Shown here: piece by piece, positions 59,361 to 64,000 of the stretch | Layout: the number at the start of each line of letters is the position of its first letter | How positions within the stretch are numbered: the stretch's first letter is position 1 | From: Candidatus Latescibacterota bacterium | Lineage (GTDB): Bacteria > Latescibacterota > UBA2968 > UBA8231 | Assembly (NCBI GenBank): GCA_965242865.1 | Contig: CBDETK010000013.1 | Location: 3,328,001-3,392,000, forward strand | DNA length: 64,000 bases | Direction: 5' to 3' | The notes under the pieces: model-generated | Seen by the model: only the letters and a program-made list of their open reading frames with translations | What the model was told of the DNA's origin: nothing | Database searches by the model: none | Made by a program: the position numbers and the translations under genes

Positions 59361-60242
59361 CTACACCGGCATTTCCCGCCGCGTGTGTACTCGCCCGACC
59401 CGAGCGGTTTCTTCGTTCCCCCCGGAGAGTACGCGCGCTCCAGCGTCAATTTTCTCCGCGACCGTGGCGGGTGTGGCACCATCCAAGAAGGCCACGCCGT
59501 TTTGCCGACACGCCGCCTTGACCCGCTCGTGCGTCTCCTGCATCTGCGCGGGCCACGGCTGCGGCATCGCCCGATACCCCAGCGAAAGGCTCAAGTCGCC
59601 CGGCCCCATTTCGGCAAAGCCGATCCCCGGGACGGATAGGATTTCCTCGATGTGCGGCAGGGCCGCGACCGACTCGATTTTCAGCCCTAGCAGCAACTCG
59701 CCGGCTGGATTGAGCGGCCAAGGATCGGCCTTGGCGAGATACTCGCCGCGGCTCGTGCCCCACACGCCCGTACATACGCCCTCTGAGCCGACGCCGCGCG
59801 TCCCCCGGCCCAAGTCGGGGCCGACGCCGATGGTGTTGACCGGATAGCGGCACGATTCGACAAAGGCCCGGACAGCCGCAGCCGATTCGGCTTGGCACAG
59901 CAAAATTCCGTGCGCCCCCCGGCCCAAGATCTGCCGAAACTGCCAAGCGTTGTAGCGCACGATCTCCTCGGACCGGCCCTCGACCGGGGCCTCGACGATG
60001 ACCGCCGGCGTCCGGTGCCCACTGCGAGTCGGCCCGCCGGCGATCAAGCCGCGTAGGTATTCGTCGAGCCCGGTCATGTCAAACGAACCGTGTTCCATGC
60101 CGACATTGATGTAGTCGGCCCAAGTTGCGGCGTCCTTTTGGCCCTGCTCGTAGGTCAGCACGTGTCCGGCGTGGGCCCCTGTGTAGTAGATTGGCTGATC
60201 CGCGGCGAGGAGTTCGATGGCGCGGTTGATTTTCTCACTCAT
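59361..60242 (-). CDS. HpcH/HpaI aldolase family protein
   Basis: MEHG, LGLKIES, EMGPGDL. Confidence 0.8.
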   Translation of the reverse strand: MSEKINRAIELLAADQPIYYTGAHAGHVLTYEQGQKDAATWADYINVGMEHGSFDMTGLDEYLRGLIAGGPTRSGHRTPAVIVEAPVEGRSEEIVRYNAWQFRQILGRGAHGILLCQAESAAAVRAFVESCRYPVNTIGVGPDLGRGTRGVGSEGVCTGVWGTSRGEYLAKADPWPLNPAGELLLGLKIESVAALPHIEEILSVPGIGFAEMGPGDLSLSLGYRAMPQPWPAQMQETHERVKAACRQNGVAFLDGATPATVAEKIDAGARVLSGGNEETARVGRVHTRREMPV

Positions 60243-60272
60243 TGAATCGCTCCTTGAGAGGGTTTTATCGTC

Positions 60273-60336
60273 CTACGCTAAGTACGCGACTTTTCTGTTG
60301 TTGTGTCCGGGATCGAAGGCAAGATGCCCTCGATCC
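60273..60336. repeat. Intergenic REP-like element, copy 3
   Basis: Same CTACGCTAAGTACG leader and hairpin as at 26333, one hairpin mismatch. Confidence 0.8.
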
Positions 60337-60397
60337 TTAGGACTGTCTGAAGCAATGCCCGAATATATCCAATAGCATACTGGGTCTTGGATATACA

Positions 60398-61303
60398 TCA
60401 GGCGACCGGCCGATCCCGTTGGTTTTGGCCGCCGTAGCGGAAGCCGGGGACGTTGTCCGCGCAGTACGTGCCGCGGAACAAGGTCTGCCGCATCGGAGGC
60501 ATCTGCTCGACGAGGGCGGCCGGCGGCGACCACGAGCTCCAGCGCGATCCCACGCTATTGTAGAGGTTGAAGATGCCGACCCGCTCGTTGTCGGCATTGG
60601 TCCACCGCGAGGTGCTGTGCGCGAGGGCCTCGGTAAAGAACAACACCGATCCGGCTGGGCACTCGTAGGTTTCCCACACGGCCGAATGCGGCTTTTGAAT
60701 GGCGGCGGGCGCGGGGTATGCGGCCTTGTGGCTGCCCGTGGCTAAGAGCGTGCCGCCCTGCCCCATTTTGACCGGGGCGAGCTCCCACACCACCCGCGTC
60801 AACCCGCTAAAGGATTTGCCGGGAATGCTCTGGTAGTGGTGCGAATCCACGGCAAAGCGAAAGAAGCCGCTGCCGTTGTGCGGGTTGAAAACGCCCTCTC
60901 GCTCGGGAGTGGCCGCTGGATTGCGCAAGTTGCTGCCCTCCATCCGAAACCCGTAGCACTCGGCGCTCGACAGCCCGGGGAAGGCCAGAAATTCATTGAG
61001 AAAGCCCACTACGACCGGATGATCGGTCAGCTTCTCCAGAGGCCCGGCCACAAAAGAACGCTCGTGCTCCGGCAGCGATTCTGGGCGGTGCTGCACGCGC
61101 AAGGCGTACTCGCGCATGGCCTCAATCTCATCGTCGGCCACTACCCCGGGCACCAAGAGCCACCCGCGCACATCGAAGAGGTATTTCTGCTCGTCGGTCA
61201 GCGCGACGACCGGCTCGCCATCGGCGTTTGTTTGCGGCAGGTCGCCTTCTTCCACCAGCAACGGCTGCCCTAGGTTTTTATCTACTACGTATGCTTGGCT
61301 CAT
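60398..61303 (-). CDS. PhyH-family Fe/2OG enzyme, HxG variant
   Basis: EQKYLFDVRGW, PHNG, GSHK, FTEALAH. Confidence 0.8.
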   Translation of the reverse strand: MSQAYVVDKNLGQPLLVEEGDLPQTNADGEPVVALTDEQKYLFDVRGWLLVPGVVADDEIEAMREYALRVQHRPESLPEHERSFVAGPLEKLTDHPVVVGFLNEFLAFPGLSSAECYGFRMEGSNLRNPAATPEREGVFNPHNGSGFFRFAVDSHHYQSIPGKSFSGLTRVVWELAPVKMGQGGTLLATGSHKAAYPAPAAIQKPHSAVWETYECPAGSVLFFTEALAHSTSRWTNADNERVGIFNLYNSVGSRWSSWSPPAALVEQMPPMRQTLFRGTYCADNVPGFRYGGQNQRDRPVA

Positions 61304-62172
61304 CGGCTGCATCCCCTTTTGGTTTTGGCTTGCGGAAATGGTTCGGCTGGCGACTTGTCTTCCGGGCTTACTTCGTATTCGTCCGGCGGAAAATTCTGGC
61401 ACAACGCGCCTTTGCGCAGCACCCAAGGGAAGGTGCCCCAAGTGCGGGTGGAGCGGTTGGCGAGCGTGGGTGTGGTATAGACGCCGGCGATGCCAATTCG
61501 GCTCTGTTTACTCGCGTTGACCGGGCTGTAGTGCCACAAACTGCTGTGCCAGCAGACGACATCCCCCGGGGCCAGTTCAATGTGCTCAACGCCGCGCTCG
61601 GCCTTGAGGGCCGCGACCCGCTCCCGCGGCAGTTCGCCGTGGATGCTGTCGGCATAGAGCACGTGCTCGACGATCTCGGTTTGGTGGCTGCCCGGAATGA
61701 ATTGTAAGCAGCCGTTGTCGCGCCGTGCGGGGTCGAGGGCCATCCAGAAGTTGAACGGCTCGGTCTCGCCATCGCGCCACAGCCCGTTGTCTTGGTGCCA
61801 AGGCGTGGCCGCTCCGGTATGGGCCGGCTTGACGAAGACGCTGCTGAACTTGAGCAGAATGTCCTCGCCTAGATAGTGCCGCGCCAGCGGGACCATCGCT
61901 CCGGCGTGTACTGTGTGCCAGATCAGCGGCGCGGTGTGGCACCAGCGGTTGAACTTGCGAAAGCGTTGCGCCCGCGCCTCGGGCGTAGCGCCCATTGGAT
62001 CCATGGGGTCGGCGTCCGTGCGCACGTTTGGGGGCTCGGGCGTGTACAGGACGTTTTTGATCACCCCGCGCATCTCGGCTGCTTGGTCGGCCGTCGCGAT
62101 CCCGGGTACCGTAAAATAGCCCTTCTCGGCCCAAGTTTGGGCTTGGTCTGGGGTGGGTTGCCAGCGTTTCAT
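61300..62172 (-). CDS. PhyH-family dioxygenase
   Basis: TPWHQD, NGCLQFIPGSH, WHYSPVN; ATGA overlaps at both ends. Confidence 0.9.
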   Translation of the reverse strand: MKRWQPTPDQAQTWAEKGYFTVPGIATADQAAEMRGVIKNVLYTPEPPNVRTDADPMDPMGATPEARAQRFRKFNRWCHTAPLIWHTVHAGAMVPLARHYLGEDILLKFSSVFVKPAHTGAATPWHQDNGLWRDGETEPFNFWMALDPARRDNGCLQFIPGSHQTEIVEHVLYADSIHGELPRERVAALKAERGVEHIELAPGDVVCWHSSLWHYSPVNASKQSRIGIAGVYTTPTLANRSTRTWGTFPWVLRKGALCQNFPPDEYEVSPEDKSPAEPFPQAKTKRGCSR

Positions 62173-63314
62173 GCGTCGTGCCTTTCGACGACCAGCGAGC
62201 GGAACTTCTCCTCGTCCCACTCCGCGCCCCAACCCGGCCCATCCGGGGGCGCGATGTGCCCTTCCTCGATCAAGGGCGCGTTGAGCAAACCCCAGCGCGC
62301 CCCGGTCTGCCGCAAGCTGTCGGCCGTGCCCCCGAAAAACTCGTAGAAGTCCGTGTTGTCGATACAGCAGCCCAAGTGCGCGTGGACCAGCCCGTCCAAC
62401 GCGCCGCCGCCATTGAGCTCGATATTCGTGCCGTGCAACTCGGCCAGATGCGCCAGCTTCAGCACCTGCGTGGTCCCGTGCCGGGCATTGCCCCGCAGCC
62501 GGTCGGTCGCCCCTTGGATCAGCCATTGCGCCGTCAAGTCGATGTCGTGCATCAGCATCTCGGTTCCCATCACCGGAATGGTCAACGCTCGGCACAGCTC
62601 CTGATATTGATTCATCTTCTGCTCGTGCAGCGGCTCTTCCAACCACACAAAATCCAGTTCCTCTAGCACGCGCCCGACCTCAATGGCCTCGCGCAAGTCA
62701 TAAGAGCACACGGGATCGGTGATCAACTCGTAATCCGGCCCCACGGCATCCCGCACCGCCCGGTAAATGGGAATGTCGGCCTTTCCGCCTTTGTACGTGT
62801 GAAACTTGTACGCGCCAATCCCCATTTCCCGGCCGAGCGCTACGGCCCTGAGATACCCCGCTATATCCGCATCGCCGCCGGTCAGATACGCGGGCAGTCG
62901 CGGCCGCACGCGCCCGACCAACGCATAGACCGGCAGCCCCGCGGCCCGGCCCAAAATGTCCCACAGACAGTTGTCAAACGCTCCAAACCACCCCGGCGGC
63001 TGGTACACCCACCGGGTTCCCTTGCAAAACTGCTGAAACAACCCCTCGCGCTCCCACGGGCTGCGCCCCAGCGCGTGATACCGCACGATGTCGGCCTGAT
63101 AGGGCGTCATGGATGTGTCGCTGCGCCCCACAATCCCCTCGTCCGTATGCACCTCCAAAAAGCTCTGGCGCACCGGACGCAACTCCCGGTCGGGCCTTCC
63201 CCGATGCGTGTATTGGATCCTCCGCAGCCCCTCTACCTGCGCGATAGAATGCCCGACGCTTCCCCGGTGGCTTGGGTCTTCCAACACCAGCAATTTTACA
63301 GCGGTGATTTTCAC
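62169..63314 (-). CDS. Mandelate racemase family enolase
   Basis: DNCLWDILG, YKFH, WLEEP, PGWG; GTG start after AAGGAGG. Confidence 0.88.
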   Translation of the reverse strand: MKITAVKLLVLEDPSHRGSVGHSIAQVEGLRRIQYTHRGRPDRELRPVRQSFLEVHTDEGIVGRSDTSMTPYQADIVRYHALGRSPWEREGLFQQFCKGTRWVYQPPGWFGAFDNCLWDILGRAAGLPVYALVGRVRPRLPAYLTGGDADIAGYLRAVALGREMGIGAYKFHTYKGGKADIPIYRAVRDAVGPDYELITDPVCSYDLREAIEVGRVLEELDFVWLEEPLHEQKMNQYQELCRALTIPVMGTEMLMHDIDLTAQWLIQGATDRLRGNARHGTTQVLKLAHLAELHGTNIELNGGGALDGLVHAHLGCCIDNTDFYEFFGGTADSLRQTGARWGLLNAPLIEEGHIAPPDGPGWGAEWDEEKFRSLVVERHDA

Positions 63315-63392
63315 GGTCGCCTCCTTTATCGGCAAATTTGAATACCCTATATTTCATCGCCCCTCGACACCTGTCAACCTCAGAGACCCATC

Positions 63393-64000
63393 ATGAAGAT
63401 CGCTGCTATCGAAGCCTTTGACCTTAGCTGCCCCCTTGAGCACCCCTTTGGCTGGTCGCAGGGATGGCTCGCCGAGCGCAGCACCACGCTCGTCAAAGTC
63501 ATTGCGGACGACGGCCTCGTCGGCTGGGGCGAAGGCGCGAGTGCCGCCCTCATCAATGGCCTGCTCGCCCCGCTGCTGATCGGCCAAGACCCCATGGACC
63601 GCACCGGCCTTTGGGAGCGCATGTTCCACGCGCTGTACAACGGCAACAACGCGGTCGGCCTAGCCGGCAGTGCCCTTTCCGCGCTCGACATGGCCCTTTG
63701 GGATCTGGCGGGCAAGGCCGCCGGTCTCCCGGTCTGCGCCCTCCTCGGCGGCAAGGTCCGCGATAAAGTCGCTGTCTATGCCACCGGCCTCTACTACACC
63801 GAAGGCGAGTTCCCCGACCGCCTGCTCGACGAGGCCCGGGCCTATGTGGCCGAAGGCTTCAAAGGGATGAAGACCAAGGTCGGAGGGCTGTCTATCGCCG
63901 AAGAGGTCGCACGCGTCCGTGCGTTGCGGGCTGCCATCGGCCCGGACATTAACCTCATGGTCGATGCCAACGAAGCCTACAACGCCACCACGGCGATTCG
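63393..64000 (+). CDS. Mandelate racemase family enolase, runs off the window end
   Basis: MKIAAIE, DMALWDLAGK, YATGLY, MKTKVG, MVDANEAY read from the DNA. Confidence 0.88.
   Translation, partial: MKIAAIEAFDLSCPLEHPFGWSQGWLAERSTTLVKVIADDGLVGWGEGASAALINGLLAPLLIGQDPMDRTGLWERMFHALYNGNNAVGLAGSALSALDMALWDLAGKAAGLPVCALLGGKVRDKVAVYATGLYYTEGEFPDRLLDEARAYVAEGFKGMKTKVGGLSIAEEVARVRALRAAIGPDINLMVDANEAYNATTAI

Overview
High-GC bacterial chromosomal window from a diderm (it carries a TonB-dependent receptor). The expansion of PhyH dioxygenases, enolases, HpcH aldolases, sulfatase and sulfotransferases plus a BMC locus resembles sponge-symbiont lineages such as Latescibacterota or Poribacteria; this is inference only. 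It opens with the end of a bacterial microcompartment (BMC) operon: PduL, shell proteins with 1, 2, 2 and an unusual 4 BMC domains, and a DHDPS-type aldolase carrying a BMC-associated N-terminal module. Catabolic and housekeeping genes are interrupted by five compositionally distinct candidate defence cassettes: (1) three tandem TIR genes with no effector; (2) a KGGVGR ParA-like ATPase plus P-loop NTPase pair; (3) a restriction-modification system broken by an IS5 element; (4) an uncharacterised translationally coupled operon of Mrr-like nuclease, multi-wHTH protein and AAA+ ATPase (31852-35077, ATPase split by one in-frame stop), the best candidate for a new system; (5) an Eleos/Leo-like dynamin pair. 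Also present are a GPP34-cytochrome P450 fusion next to two sulfotransferases, a MITE that rewrote a gene's C-terminus, a RAYT with REPs (one REP-like element lies in-frame in a BMC gene), and a hendecad repeat protein. No CRISPR array, rRNA or tRNA was recognised. All family calls come from motif recognition by eye; no searches were run.
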